Source: Okamejei kenojei (lineage: Eukaryota). Taken from it: a stretch of DNA of 64,000 bases. The position numbers and the translations under genes are program-made. The stretch is from assembly GCA_035221665.1 (NCBI GenBank), contig CM069164.1, forward strand, positions 16,058,001-16,122,000, in the 5' to 3' direction. Shown in pieces: positions 12,741 to 26,852 of the stretch. The notes under the pieces were generated by a model that saw nothing but the letters and a program-made list of their open reading frames with translations, made no database searches and was not told the origin of the DNA. The first letter of the stretch is position 1. Every line of letters begins with the position of its first letter.

Positions 12741-13969
12741 GTAAGCCATCGGTAGGAAAAGCTCTTGAGTGTTGCCTTGTGTTCATTAGGGGCTTGCATT
12801 GTCTATGAAAGAGAAAATGCACAAAAGCCAAGCAGAAGTGATACTGATCCTGATTGCATTGTTAATTCACTTGCACCACATCAGATAATGATAGCAAAAC
12901 CCAGGTAACATTCGCACTTGGCCATTGTGGCACGTAACACTTGCACCACTCAAATAATAGACGATAGTATTCTCAAGAAAGGAAGAATTTATCTACCTCC
13001 TGTTGAAGTTTTAATGTAGTACTGTCAGTTTCACAGGATCACGAGTGGCCAGACACCATAAATCTTGTGACCGATAAGAGTGTTTGGATTCCCCTAAATC
13101 TCTCCACCATCTCAACAATGCGCTCTACTTCCCTGTATGAATGCAATTTCAACCATATTGAAGCTTGACATCATCCAGAATAAGAAAGAATACTTGCTTA
13201 GTGGCCCATCCAGCACCCTGAACATACATTCTCTGGACCACTGGCACACCATAGCCATAGTGTATATTATCCGTTAATACTATGCCGCAACATGGTAGCA
13301 ATCTGATTTATAAATATATCTCATATTGTTGGATATGACCTGGAACTCCCTATCTAATGACAGTGAGAGCACCTCGACCAGAAGCACACTCGGGAAAGTT
13401 GGCCAGCACCATGCTCTCGAAGGTAATCAATGAGTAGTACCAAACACGTCTTGCAACCATGTCCACATGCAATGAATTTTTTTTTAATGATGTGCAGCCC
13501 ACTATTTAAGAATTGTCACTTCTACCAGTCAAGAGTAAATATGTAAGCCTCAGTTCTGCTTTCCTTTGTTAATTGTATCCCAAGTGTGGAAGAATCATGT
13601 CTGTAATTGGACAAATAGATTAATAGGTTCATAGTGCTAAAAATTCAAACTATACGAAATCTTATCAACAGCAGACTATTATAAGTAAAAGTGCAGAGCA
13701 ATGACTATCTACTTTCTGCTGGCACTGACTGATTGCTGCAAAGGCACTATCTGACCAACTAGATTTATGTTGAGTCCCTTGCTGATGCATGTCAAACTGC
13801 ACGATGTGCAGCTCTGATCCCATTAAGGTTACCCAGTTCCATCTCATAATCATAGATTGTTTTATTTGACATAATCATTTATAGATGTTACTGTGTTTTC
13901 TTTGAGTTGAGAAGTATTGCAAGGTTTGTGTTCAAACCTCTGGCATGCATTAATGATGCTGTTTCACAG

Positions 13970-14087
13970 ATCCCTCGAAGTTGGATGTCAGAAGACAGCA
14001 AACACGTCCTGATTCAGATGCTGTGGGACAATCTGAAATTGCATCAAGATTGCAGCCAACCTTTCTACATCCTCTGGAATGCTAAGA
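13970..14087 (+). CDS. DENND4A: DENND4A coding exon
   Basis: [27 protein letters not shown]...; ttcacag / gtgagt. Confidence 0.95.
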
Positions 14088-15481
14088 GTGAGTGAAAATG
14101 TAACTGATAATTGTACCTTGATCTTAATTAGGAAAAGGAAATACAAAATTAATTAATATGTTTGATGTTCAATTGATTCCACAATTGTGCATCAGCAATA
14201 TTGTTGACTTAAATTGGTTACTGAAGTAATTTTTGTATATTAATGGTCAGTATGACCACCTATCCCAGTTTTATACTAATTATTTTGGGTCTGATTCAGT
14301 CTGGACTATTCCAACACACTGTTGGATATTGTCTTTTTCCATCCTCCATAAACTTAATCCAAATATTTGCTGCCCTCATGTGAATCTAATCTGCCCCCTT
14401 CTTCAGCACCCATACCTCTGACCACATTATTCCCCTTATTGTTCAAACCTGGAGAATCTCTTTAATTTTCACCAACCCTAAAATCCTTCAGATCTCTGCA
14501 CTTCAAGAATTCTCGTCTCCAGTTTAAATTTGCTTTCCCCTTCTTTAATGTCTGGGTTCCAACTTTTGATTGATCAACTATTTATGAAATAACTCAAAAT
14601 ACCTTTTTTTGTGTCAAAGGACGTACATGATTTAAGTAGTTACTGATATCTTCTTTGTATGTCAGCATAGTTATTGTCATTTACCACACGTTGCACTTAA
14701 TTCTTAAAAATGTTAAAGACTTTTCAAACCTTGCTGTTTTACTTGAGGCTATTTCCAGTCGAACCTCGCAGTAGCTGCATCATCACCTAGAACTAGGTTC
14801 TAGTATTTTAGGATGCTAACTGATAGGCCCATGCTTGCAATATTTTTCCCTCCTCTAGCACAAGCAAATGACTGCACCAGCTTCCCGTGGCATTTGATTT
14901 TGACCATTTTATTCACAAGCTACGCTTCAGTTTCAGATATAATAACCATTTGATTTTATTTTAGTGTCACAGCTTTGTTGCTCATACCCACAGAGCTTTG
15001 TGGCAATGAGAACAGCAATGTCACTTTTCTGTCTTTTAACTTGTTGTTGACTGCCTTCCTAAAAACTGAGGGAACTGGGCTCAAGCTCTAGTATAATGAG
15101 AGGCCCAGTAAAGTAAATAGGAAGGAACTATATAGCTTTACAAAGGTATTATCAACGCAGGACCTAGATTTAAAGTAATTGTTCGAACCCTTAGAGAGAG
15201 ATGGGAGGGGGGGATAACTCAACCAGAAAGTGGCAGGTTCTAGTGGTCGGGCAGAAAACCACCTCAGATATTATCGGTATTTGAACATATACTTGAAGAG
15301 TCCAGCTGCAGAATCGGAGACACGGTGCTTAAAAGGTGGCTTTAGGCTGGGTAACTCAAAACTGAGCACAAACAAAAAATGAAACAGTGGCCCCTTTACT
15401 GTGTCTTATCTGTTCTGTGATTCTCAGAAATAGACCTGAGTAGCAAATACTTCTTAACAAGCCAAGAGATTTGAGCATATA

Positions 15482-17034
15482 TAGTGGCTTGCAAAAGTAT
15501 TCATACCCCTTGAACTTTTCCAAATTTTAATCACGTTACAACCACAAACGTAAATGTATTTTATTGGGATTTTATGTGATAGACCAACACAAAGTGGTGC
15601 ATAATTGTGAAGTGGAAGGAAAATGATACATGGTTTCCAACTTTTATTACAAATAAATAACTGAAAAGTGTGGCGTGCAAAAGTATTCAGCCCCCCTGAG
15701 TCAATACTTTGTAGAACCACCTTTCGCTGCAATTACAGCTGCAAGTCTTTTGGGGTATGTCTCTACCAGCTTTGCACATCCAGAGACTGACATTTTTGCC
15801 CATTCTTCTTTGCAAAATAGCGCAAGCTCAGTCGGATTGGATGGAGAGCGTCTGTGAACAGCAATTTTCAAGTCTTGCCAGAGATTCTCAATTGGATTTA
15901 GGTCTGGACTTTGACTGGGCCATTCTAACACATGAATATGCTTTGATCTAAACCATTCCATTGTAGCTCTGGCTGTATGTTTAGGGTTGTTGTCCTGCTG
16001 GAAGGTGAACCTCCGCCCCAGACTTAAGTCTTTTGCAGACTCTAACAGATTTTCTTCCAAGATTGCCCTTTATTTGGCTCCATCCATCTTCCCATCAACT
16101 CTGACCAGCTTCCCTGTCCCTGCTGAAGAAAAGCATCCCCACAGCATGATGCTGCCACCACCATGTTTCACAGTGGGGATGGTGTGTTCAGGGTGATGTG
16201 CAGTGTTAGTTTTCCACCACACATAGCGTTTCGCATTTATGCCAAAAACTTCAATTTTGGTCCCATCAGACCAGAGCACCTTCCTCCACATGTTTGCTGT
16301 GTCCCCCACACGGCTTGAGGCAAACTGCAAACAGGACTTCTTATGGTTTTGTTTCAGAATCTCCCACCTGAGCTGTGGATCTCTGCAGCTCCTCCAGAGT
16401 TACCATGGGCCTCTTGGCTGCTTCTCTGATCAATGCTCTCCTTGCCCGGCCTGTCAGTTTAGGTGGACGGCCATGTCTTGGTAGGTTTGCAGTTGTGCCA
16501 TACTCTTTCCATGTTGGGATGATGGATTGAACAGTGCTCCGTGAGATGTTCAAAGCTTGGGATATTTTTTTTATAACCTAACCCTGCTTGAAACTTCTCC
16601 ACAACTTTATCCCTGACATGTCTGGTCTGTTCCTTGGGCTTCATGATGCCCAAGGAACATTGTTTGTTCACTAATGTTCTCTAACAAGCCTCTGAGGCCT
16701 TCACAGAACAGCTGTATTTATACTGAGATTAGATTACACACAAGTGGACTCTATTTACTAATTAGGTGACTTCTGAAGGCAATTGGTTGCACTGGATTTT
16801 ATTTAGGGGTATCAGAGTAAAGGGGGCTGAATACTTTTGCACGCCACACTTTTCAGTTTTTTATTTGTAAAAAGATTTGAAAACCATGTATCATTTTCCT
16901 TCCACTTCACAATTATGTGCCACTTTGTGTTGGTCTACCACATAAAATCCTAATAAAATACATTTACATTTGTGGTTGTAACGTGACAAAAGTTGGAAAA
17001 GTTCAAGGGGTATGAATACTTTTGCAAGCCACTG
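15482..17034 (-). mobile_element. Tc1 DNA transposon, Passport-like, defective (IR/DR type)
   Basis: About 215-bp terminal inverted repeats ((c/t)agtggcttgcaaaagtattca...), TA on both sides; transposase 16644-15701 with VLWSD, FQQDN and SPDLNPIENLW, broken by a frameshift, a deletion and a stop. Confidence 0.95.
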
Positions 17035-17324
17035 TAGTTAAAATTGAAAAGTATTTTTGTTTCTCATGTAAAAAATACGTTTCAATTCATTAACAAGAGG
17101 AGCACTTCACTTCGGTCACGCAGTAAGCTGGTGGCTGGAATAATATGTGCGAATGAAGCATATTCACAACCTCACAAATGCGAGGCATCGCTTGGTGCCG
17201 GATTATTTCAAAGCATTAAAAAAAAAAAGAGGGCAAGTTAAATTTTTAATCAGCAGTTCCTCAAACACGGTTGATTTGTGATCGAATCTGATTGTGACTA
17301 ACACAACTTTCTGTGTCTTCACAG

Positions 17325-17351
17325 GTCTTAATTACACTCTTTTATTTCAGA
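17325..17351 (+). CDS. DENND4A: Candidate 27-nt alternative microexon of DENND4A (SLNYTLLFQ)
   Basis: gactaac branch point at 17297-17303, pyrimidine tract ending cacag at 17324, gtgagt donor at 17352; phase 1/1 like the host intron; no stop. Confidence 0.6.
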
Positions 17352-18799
17352 GTGAGTGTTAAATTTATTCTTGATCTATTGTGAGCACTTGATTTAGTCA
17401 TCATTTTCTTTCAAGTAGAACCTTCATTTACTTGGAGAAAAAATGTCCTACCAATAATTATTTTAATCACTTTTAAACATTAATTGCAAGGTTTTCTATG
17501 CCAGGGAGTTAGTTGCTGGTTCCAAATCATTTTCTATCTCATATTTTAAATTGCATTGATTTTGAAATATATGCAGTGCGAAGGTTATGAACTACATCTA
17601 AAGCCTTCTAGTAATCGTTCAGTATAATGTTTTGAAGTTATCTAATGCTTGTTGTCATGCTAGTAATCACTAAGCTCCTCTTGAGTCGGTGTCTCTGATT
17701 GCATGGATAACATGCATTAGTTCATCTCACAATTCATTCTGTGTATGGACTAAAGTGGAATTTTAATCATTGATCATATTGAGCAGAAGCAAAAATTAAA
17801 ATCAATGCAAGTGATGTGAAATTCTTGTATCATAAATTGTGATATGGTTTTGTTTGCTCCTTCCCTCCCACCAGCCTTATCCAGATTCTCACTTTGCGTG
17901 ACTTTGGTCGCCCTTTATTACAAATTGGACTAATTTTATTTTGGATCGTGAGTCTATTTGCTAACCCAAAGAATTGATAACAAGCAGCAAGCAGCAATGC
18001 AGAAGAAGAAAGTTAGGAGAAATTAAGAGTCAAGAATATTTAATTGTCATGTGCACAGGACTGGAACAATTAAATTCTTATTAGCTGCAGATTTAAAGGC
18101 ACATTAATGCAACAACAGAACAAATAAATTTACCATAAATTCTTAGCTATTCCAGATAAAGCAAATGCAAAACAACTCCAAGTTCCTTTTATAGAGCTGA
18201 ATGAGAAATGTAAACAGATATTAACCAAAAATGTAGTGAGATTGAAACAGACTGGTGAAAAAATATTACTTGCCTTCATGAATTGCAGTTACATCAGACA
18301 CACACTAATCTCGCTTGCAAAATACATTGGTAAGGGAAGTAGTGTGGAAGACAGAGAGACCCCCACACAGATATCCACATAAATCTATCTTTACCAAATT
18401 CCTAAAAATATTTGTTTTGGTTCTCCTGTCTGAAAGGAAAAGGTAACTTGCATAACAGTATCCTCATCACAGCTGTGAGGAGGCAGTGGTTTCCCTGCAG
18501 ACTTTGATGAAGATGAATTTCCCAAAGGTGGATCCTGAACAAAATGGCTTGCCAAATGTACCAACCACAACTAAAGTAAAATAAAGTTAAGAAGAATTGC
18601 AGTAGTTCAGAGGAGTCACAGGTTATTTTTTTTTCTTTTGACAGACATTCCTGTCGCCATCACAATTTTTGAGTCCATGATGCTACATTTTACTATTCGA
18701 ACAAGCAGATTATTAAAATAGAAATTATACGTTGTCATTTTCTTTGGTAAAATAACAAATGCATTCAGAATTAATAAGTGTTTATTTTCCTATTAACAG

Positions 18800-18962
18800 C
18801 TGAAAAGCATTCACTTGTTCACACCCTGCGGGATGAGGGCCACTTATTTAACAAGGATTTTCTAGACAGCATTGTTAGAAGCATTCAGATGAACGACATC
18901 TATAAACCAATGAGTAAACTTCTGGATGTATTGAGCATACAAACAAATCTTAAGCGACAAAG
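18800..18962 (+). CDS. DENND4A: DENND4A coding exon
   Basis: taacag / gtaaga; ...SIVRSIQMNDIYKPMS...KRQR. Confidence 0.93.
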
Positions 18963-19315
18963 GTAAGAATGGAGCTATTTAAACGCATAGTGGCCCACTC
19001 ACAATTCACCTTTTATATTTCAAGCACAGAGGATACCTTTTTCACATTTCAAGCTTCCAGTGCAATTAATTCTATTTCAACTCTTGGTCTTCATGACATG
19101 TTAATTGATTCTGATTCAAATGCTCACTTATGCCCTGGGGATAAAGTGAGGGACTCTGGTCTTCTCTTTCTCGAACATTGTTCTCTGTCAAGCATGAAGT
19201 ATTTTTTACCCTAAATAGTGATATAAAGTAAGAATTGATTTAGAAAAATATTTAACAAGAAGTTGCAGCATAATTTTTTGCCATTTTTTAATTTGTTTTA
19301 ATTTCTTCTTTGAAG

Positions 19316-19380
19316 GAGTCTCTACAGGGAAATTCTGTTCCTTTCGCTGGTTGCTCTTGGGAAGGACAACATAGATATAG
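19316..19380 (+). CDS. DENND4A: DENND4A coding exon
   Basis: SLYREILFLSLVALGKDNIDI; tttgaag / gtaatg; 65 nt phase 2/1. Confidence 0.95.
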
Positions 19381-20149
19381 GTAATGTTTCTTACAGTGTT
19401 TAAGATTTTCCAAACTGTTCATTAAGAACTAGAAATATTCAGTGCTCTATGCAAACCATGGAAAGGTTATCAGTACTCCCATGTAAACTCAACTGATACT
19501 AATCTGTTAATCATTTTATAATTAGATAATCTGTTTTGACCTAATTAGACTAGGTTAACTGATATGTGTCAGTACTTCAGAAGAGCCATTGGTGCTTGTC
19601 AGTGAAAGCATGGCAATTTTATTCACCAGTGAATTAAATAACCAGGGTCAAATACTTAATCGCAAGTACTGTAAGAGGAAACCTGCAGACTGTTAGCATC
19701 AATTTCTGAATGACATCACTAACGGAGAATAAAATGACTGAGGATGGTAAAGATATTGCTAATTTACCTATATTCTGCAATTCCTTTCAGCTTTATGAAG
19801 GTTGGTCCTTCTGACCAACATAAACAAAATTCCATTGTTAAAAAAATGTTTTTGTAAACCCATATTCTGTATAAGTAGAACACATCACACCAGGGCACTT
19901 AAAGATGCCACAAGTTATGCTGATTAAAACTGTCATAGTACAGTGTCTTTCTATGTAACAATGCATCTTTTGACCTTTCCTTATCCTATCCTCTCCTTTC
20001 CTTTGCCTTCCTCTCCTTTCCTGAATACCAGTGAGGAGGTGGGTGTTGTCACTGAGTCGTATGGACTTTTTTTGACCTGAAAGTGATGTTAGCCAGCGTA
20101 ACTTACTGCATCAGCGAAAACGAAGCCTCAACTCAAAGATAAAGCTAAG

Positions 20150-21000
20150 GGACAAGTTTGTTTAATTATCATGTACACCAGGAATGGAATGATGAATTTC
20201 TTTCTTGCTACAGCTTTATAGACACATTAACACAGCAGCAGAACAAGTAAATATGCAATAATTCAATGAATTATCAGTTAATACTAGGTAACCAGACATG
20301 AATAGAGAGGTCCGAAGTATATAGTGCAGTCTATGCAAAGTCCATAGTAGTTCATTGCTGAGATAGGGATGTGGTTGGGGTTGTGCGTTGTGGTTTAAGA
20401 ACCTGATGGTTGGAGGAGTTCCAGAATGAGCTGTTCTGGAGGTCACGGTTCTCAGGCTCCTATACCTTCTTCCCGATGGTACTAATGAGATGAGAGTGTG
20501 GCCAGGGTGGTGTAGATCTTTGATGATATTAGCTGCCTTGTTGAGGCAATGTTTCCTGTAGATCCCTTCAGTGTTGGGGAGATCAGTACCTGTGTTGGAC
20601 CAGGCAACATCCACCACTTTATGCAGCCTCTTCCTTTCTTGGGCTATTGAGTTACTGAACCAGGCCATGATGCAACCCATCAATATACTTTCTACTATAC
20701 ACATGAGGAAGCTTGATAGTTTTCAGCAACATGCCACATGTCCTCAACTTCTGAAGAAGTGGAGACATGATGAATGTGATTGCATCAATGTGTTGGGCAA
20801 AGGATAGATCTTAAGAGATGTGCACACCCAGGAACTTGAATGTGGTGGCACTTTCCACTACCATCCCATCAATGAACACAGGTTCATGAATCCTGTACAT
20901 TCTCTTCTTGAAGTCAACAATCAGCTCCTTGATCTTGCTAATATTAAGATAAAGATTCTTATTCTGACACCATTCATTCAAATTATCTAAATCCCTACTC

Positions 21001-21038
<38 letters not shown>

Positions 21039-21270
21039 ATATACTCTGACTCATCATTATCGGTTATTCGTCCACCAACGATGGTTTGTCGGGGCATTGG
21101 AGCTGCGTCTGGCTAGAGTCATGGGTATAGAGCAAGTAGACAACGGCCTGAGCTTGCAGCCGTGTGGTGTCAGTGCGCTTGCTGGTGGTCAAAGAGGACA
21201 ATTCGTACTGATCGTGGTCTGACGATGAGGAAGTCAAGGATACAATTACATGGGGATGAACAGAGAACCA
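20150..21270 (-). mobile_element. Rex1/Babar-like LINE 3' fragment
   Basis: ORF 20216-20704 ESILMGCIMAWF...IIKDLHHPGH.L.SL.PSGRRYRS, typical of the Rex1 RT C-terminus; contains a poly-C run at about 21002-21038. Confidence 0.8.
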
Positions 21271-21512
21271 GGTCTAATTATACACGAGAAATGTAAGCCT
21301 CATGATAGCTTAATAAATCTGCTCCGTTCTTTAAAACATTAAAGCCACATAAAGTTGTTCATGTGAGGGGAGGATGTGCAACGTGCATCTCCAGACTACG
21401 GTGTAAGGTGAAAGGAGTGCTATTTGATTTAAATACTTGGTCTCATTTTTAGTTCAACCTTTCTTAATGTTAATGTAATGATTCTCTTGTCTATTTTCTG
21501 TTTTTTAAACAG

Positions 21513-21649
21513 ATGCTTTTGACCGAGAGTATAAGATGGCATATGATCAGCTGACTCCCAGCCAGGTGAAACTGACCCAGAATTGCGACCGGCCTCCCAG
21601 CTCTGGTGTTATGGAGTGTCGCAGGATCTTTGGGGAACCCTACCTCTAA
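21513..21649 (+). CDS. DENND4A: DENND4A terminal coding exon
   Basis: [20 protein letters not shown]...[14 protein letters not shown]; the FGEPYL ending matches DENND4A as I recall it, not DENND4C; TAA at 21647-21649. Confidence 0.95.
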
Positions 21650-22739
21650 GAGTCCTATTGATATTACCCTCAATGAAGGCGCACATCAGTCTGTGTTCAT
21701 CCTCTACACTGCTTATGTTCATTGGAATTTCAGTTCGTGGAGTCTCTAAATTTAACAATGTTAAATTATGATGAATGATTTGTAATTTTAAGTCTGGGAA
21801 TTATACAGAGAGTAAGATCAAATGGAAAGCATTGTAAATATAATTGAAGGTCATTTAAATATCTTTGTATTATAGTGCTATTGGTTAGGTTAACAAAAAA
21901 TATTGCATCCATGCTAGGGAGCTTGGCTCTCAAAAGTAAGCTACTATGTACATAATAGCCCTGGCTACTGTTGCATCTCATTGTCTGTTACCCGTTTAGT
22001 TTTTAGGAGTACTTTTGGTCTAAAGTATAAAAATGTTCATAAAAGAGAAATGTGAACTAGAGGCACTGTGTAAAGGTAACAAGGCTTTCAGGTTATTACA
22101 AAGTACTTTTCAGTATTTGTATATTTAAATAACAAGATCTTTTGCTGATATCAATCTTTATATACACATATTATATAGTTCTAAGTATGGTTGATACAAT
22201 ATATATAATAATGTGGTGCGATATGTTCAAGTTAGAATATGCTTTGCAGTTTTTGCGGTAGCTGGCCATCTGAGAGAACTCACTTCGACCTACTGAATTC
22301 GTATCTGCTAAGGAAAGGAAGAAGTAACGGCATGAGAAGTATGTGCATCTGTATTACTGAAGGGTCAGCGGTATGCTGCCTGTATAAACTATATTTGTCA
22401 GGGCTAAATTCAAAGGACTTTGATATCAGAGCTAATATGCAATCTCTCTTTTTATGTTTAAAGTCAATTTCCTATGGGAAAAGTACTGTATTTATTAGCT
22501 TATTAAATAACACTTGAATGATATTACTATCGGATTTGTGAATATGAAAATCCACCAAAAGTGATGTCTAATAGAATATTTTTATGCTGCAATGTTCTTG
22601 TCTAACAGCAATGCTTTGTTAAACAATACAGTTTTATATGTTCTAGATCAGTCCTGGAGGCTAAAGGCAGTTCAACCCTGTAGTTTCATTAAGAAGAAAA
22701 CTTCTGTATAATAAGTTTTCTAAACCTGTCCCTTTGAAA

Positions 22740-22745
22740 AATAAA
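22740..22745 (+). promoter_or_regulatory. Candidate polyadenylation signal of DENND4A
   Basis: AATAAA about 1.1 kb after the stop, following an AT-rich stretch; other hexamers exist (ATTAAA 22502, AATAAA 23086). Confidence 0.35.
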
Positions 22746-23509
22746 TTGACAAAATACAGCCAAGCTTCCTTAAAAGACTCTTATTGTTACCACAAACAGC
22801 CAAGTTTGTCCAAACTTCATCTCACACCAATCTGCAGCTATAATCTATGCACAAGAATCAGGATTTGTGTGCAGCACTGCTCCAAACGATGGATACATTT
22901 TGCTGATTTTCTATCATCTGATCCTACTTCATTTAATATTAATTTTGGCTCAAAGTTAGCAGTGACCACGGCCCACCCCAGAGGTATATGGTCACACTGA
23001 TCTGTTCTGTATTTATTTATGCCTACTGTATTCTGTTACGCTGAAGCAAAGCAAGAATTTCATTGTCCTATCTGGGACACATGACAATAAACTCTCTTGA
23101 GTCTTGAATATTGAATCTTGATTGAGCATAAATCCCAGGCAATGGCTGAAGCAACTGGAGTCAGAACATTTGGTAAAATCGACCTTAATAGATACAAGGC
23201 CAGTGCACCACTTGTACAAATTGAGTGCAGAAACTTTTTAAATGCATTAAATATTTGATTGCTGCTTGCTTGCTTAAATTCTAAGATAAAGAAAGTCCGT
23301 CCAGTCCACCACCATTATCCTGATCAGTGCAGCACTAATGAAGTTGTTGGGTGGTAGCACCAATCATGATCTTGTATGGCAGGGCAGGCTCAAGGGGCCT
23401 CTCATGAAAGTAAATATTACCACAGTAGCCAAAAAGTTAGATATTAATGAGAACCTCATTGTTGGCAGTTGAAGAATCTGATTACTACTTTCCACGTTTC
23501 AGTGACTTA

Positions 23510-25066
23510 CAGTGCATTCAGAAAGTATTCACATTTTGTTACGTTACAGCCTTATTTTAAAATGGATTAAATTCATTTTTTTAAATCATCAATCAACACA
23601 CAATACCCCAGAATGAAGAAGTGAAAACTGGTGTTTAGAAATTTTTGCAAAGTAATTAAAAATAAATAACTTAAATATCACATTTACATATGTTTGCTAT
23701 GACACTCAAAATTGAGCTTAGTTTCATCCTGTTTCCATTGATTATCCTTGAGATGTTTCTATAACTTGATTGAAGTCAACCAGTGGTAAATTAAATTGAT
23801 TGGACATGATTTGGAAAGGCACACGCCTGTCTATATAAGGTCCCACGGTTGACAGTGCACGTCAGAGCAAAAACCAAGCCATGAAGATGAAGGAATTGTC
23901 CGTAGACCTCCCAGACAGGATTGCGTTGATTCACAGATCTGGGGAAGGGTATAAAACAATTTTGGCAGAATTGCAGGCCCCAGAGAGCGCAGTGGCCTCC
24001 ATCATTCTTAAATGGAAGAACTTTGGAACCACCAGGACTCTTCATAGAGCTGGCTGCCCAGCCAAACTGAACAATCGGGAGAAGGGCATTGGTCAAGGAG
24101 GTGACCAAGAACCTGATGGTCACTCTGACAGAGCTCCAGAGTTCCTCTGTGGAGATGGGAGAACCTTCCAGAAGGACAACTATATCTGCAGCACTCCACC
24201 AATCAGGCCTTTATGGTAGAGTGGCCAGACGGAAGCCTCAGTAAAAGGCACATGACAGCCAAAAGGCATGTGAAACAAGATTCTCTGGTCTGATGAAACC
24301 AAGGTTGAACTCTTTGGCCTGAATGTCAAGTGTCACGTCTGGAGGAAACCAGGCACCGCTCATCACTTGGCCAATACCTACGGTGCAGCGTGGTGGTGGA
24401 AGCATCGTGCTGTGGGGATGTTTTTAGGCGGCAGGAACTGGGAGACTAGTCTGGATCAAGGGAAAGATGAACAGAGCAATGTACAGAGGGATCCTTGATG
24501 AAAACCTGCTGCAGCTTTCTCTACCTCTGTGTGGGGCAAAGGTTCATCTTCCAACAGGACAATGACCCTAAACAGACAGCCAAGACAACGCAGGAGTGGC
24601 TTTGTGACAAGTCTGTGAATGTCCTTGAGTGGCCCAGCCAGAGCCTGGACTTGAACCCGATCGAACATCTCTGGAGGGACCTGAAAATAGCTGTGCATCA
24701 ACACTCCCCATCCAACCTGACAGAGCTTGAGAGGATCTGCAGAGAAGAATGGGAGAAATTACCAAAATACAGGTGTGCCAAGCTTGTAGTGTCATACCCA
24801 AGAAGACTTGAAGCTTTAATCGCTACCAAAGGTGCCTCAACAAGGTACTGAGTAAAGGGTCTGAATACTTATGTACATGTGATATTTCAGTAATTTATTT
24901 TTAATTACTTTGCAAACATTTCTAGACACTTGTTTTTGCTTTTTTATTATGGGGTGTTGTGTGTAGATTGATGCTAAAAAAAAAAATTAATCCATTTAAA
25001 AATAAGGCTGTAACGTAACAAAATGTGGAAAAAGTGAAGGGGTCTGAATACTTTCTGAATGCACTG
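23510..25066 (+). mobile_element. Second Tc1 DNA transposon (different family), defective
   Basis: TIRs cagtgcattcagaaagtattca / tgaatactttctgaatgcactg, TA flanks; transposase remnants 23881-24851 (MKMKELSVDL..., WSDETK, FQQDNDPK, DLNPIEHLW). Confidence 0.95.
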
Positions 25067-26852
25067 TATAAAATCTGAATGACTCTCAATGACTGCAAGC
25101 TTCTAGGCATTGCTTCATTTCTGTATTGTTAAATCACCCTTTTTTAACACATAAGCTACTCGCTTAGTTTTAAGTTGACTCTTTTTGAATGCTATTCAAG
25201 CCATGAAAGGGCCTTATTCATTTAAATTATTTTACCCATCCTTGCTATGCTGATGCTTTGATAAAATAATTGTAGAGGAATAAATCATCCTTTCTGCAGC
25301 TGGAAGTAAAAAATATTTTGATGTTAAGCCTGCAAAGATAAAAACCACAGGACAATGATTCCAAGATGCATTAGACTTGAAACTGTTTAATTGCACTGAT
25401 GTCTTCAGTTCTACTTGTGTCCGCTGAGGCCGCAAGCCCTGCTTGAAAAGCATTGCAGTCGCAGAGTATGGAGCTGACAAATGCACTCAAGGTGTTGACT
25501 GATAATATGGATGCGGCACTAATGGACTGGAAGGGGTCCCAAGAAATAACAGAATTAGTCAAAGGTACAAGTAAAGATTGTTCATAAAATTAAATAAAAC
25601 TCAAATGCTGGAACTCTAAAATAAAGACAATTCTGGAAATACTCAGCCAGTTAGATGTGGGAAGTAAAAACAAAGCTAACATTTCACATCAACCTACAAC
25701 GTTAACTCTGTTTCTCTTTCCAAAGATTGCTCAGGGCTAAGTGTGCTCCAGAGAAACGTTTAGGGATTGTAAGTACTTACTACCCATTTAACTGTGACAA
25801 AAGAAGAGGTGTAATGAAAAATCAACATTTTTTGAGAATGTGGAGTTCACTAAAGTTTATCTTTGCATTAAATATCCTTTGTTTGTACACACATGCCACT
25901 AGCGTTCCTGTTTTAAATTTCTATGTCCATTTATGTTGAAAACAAACAAGATGAATTGCACTTCACAAAAGGTTAAGCTGTTATAATTTCAAATCTAAAG
26001 GAAGAACTGAATGGTATGACATGTTCTTGTAGAATAGTTCTGGTATAAGTGTGAATATATTCCCATTTTAAAGTCAAATTTGTTTAAGTGATTCTCCTCA
26101 AATGCATCACCCCAATATGGAACATTATTGGAGATCCATGCATGTTTGAAAGTTGAAACCTGCAAATATGGAAAAACTGAAATAAAAACAGATTGCTAGA
26201 GATGTTCGTCAGGTCAGGGCAACTTCCATGAAGAGTGCAAGTGCACTCCATCCTATCAGACGGAAATGGCACTAGCTAGGTGGTACTTCTGGTACTGATG
26301 TAAATCATCAACCTGAAACATTGTCTCTTTTTCCACAGATGATGTCTGACTGCTGAGTACAGGTTAGTCTGTTGTAAAGCACATTTCCATAACACAAATT
26401 AGATATAACGAGCAATGAATTAGGGAAAATATTTGCATTACAGGGGGTTGAATTGGTTATAACGTAATTTCAATTGGGAACACGAGAGCCATTTAAAAGT
26501 TACTTTGGAAATCAACAAGCATGAAAATGTTGCCTTGGATTTAAAAAGTCTTTGGATAAATAACCCGTTTCCATGTAATCACCCCACAGTAATCAGACAC
26601 CATTCTCTCAAGAACATATCTGCTACGTTAACTGGGAGGCCATTGAAATTGACATGCTATTGAGACATGTGCAATGCTCTCTATTAAAAATGTTGCATAC
26701 AGTCTTTAGTGTTTCTAGCTTGCAGTTACAAAAATAAACCCTTATTGCTATTGAAGAGATCTTTATTGTTGAAAATCCTGCAGAAAAAATAACTTTGTTA
26801 TTGTGAGCCTGACAATAGGCTAGCCACTCACCCCCTTTCCTCCATTGACACA

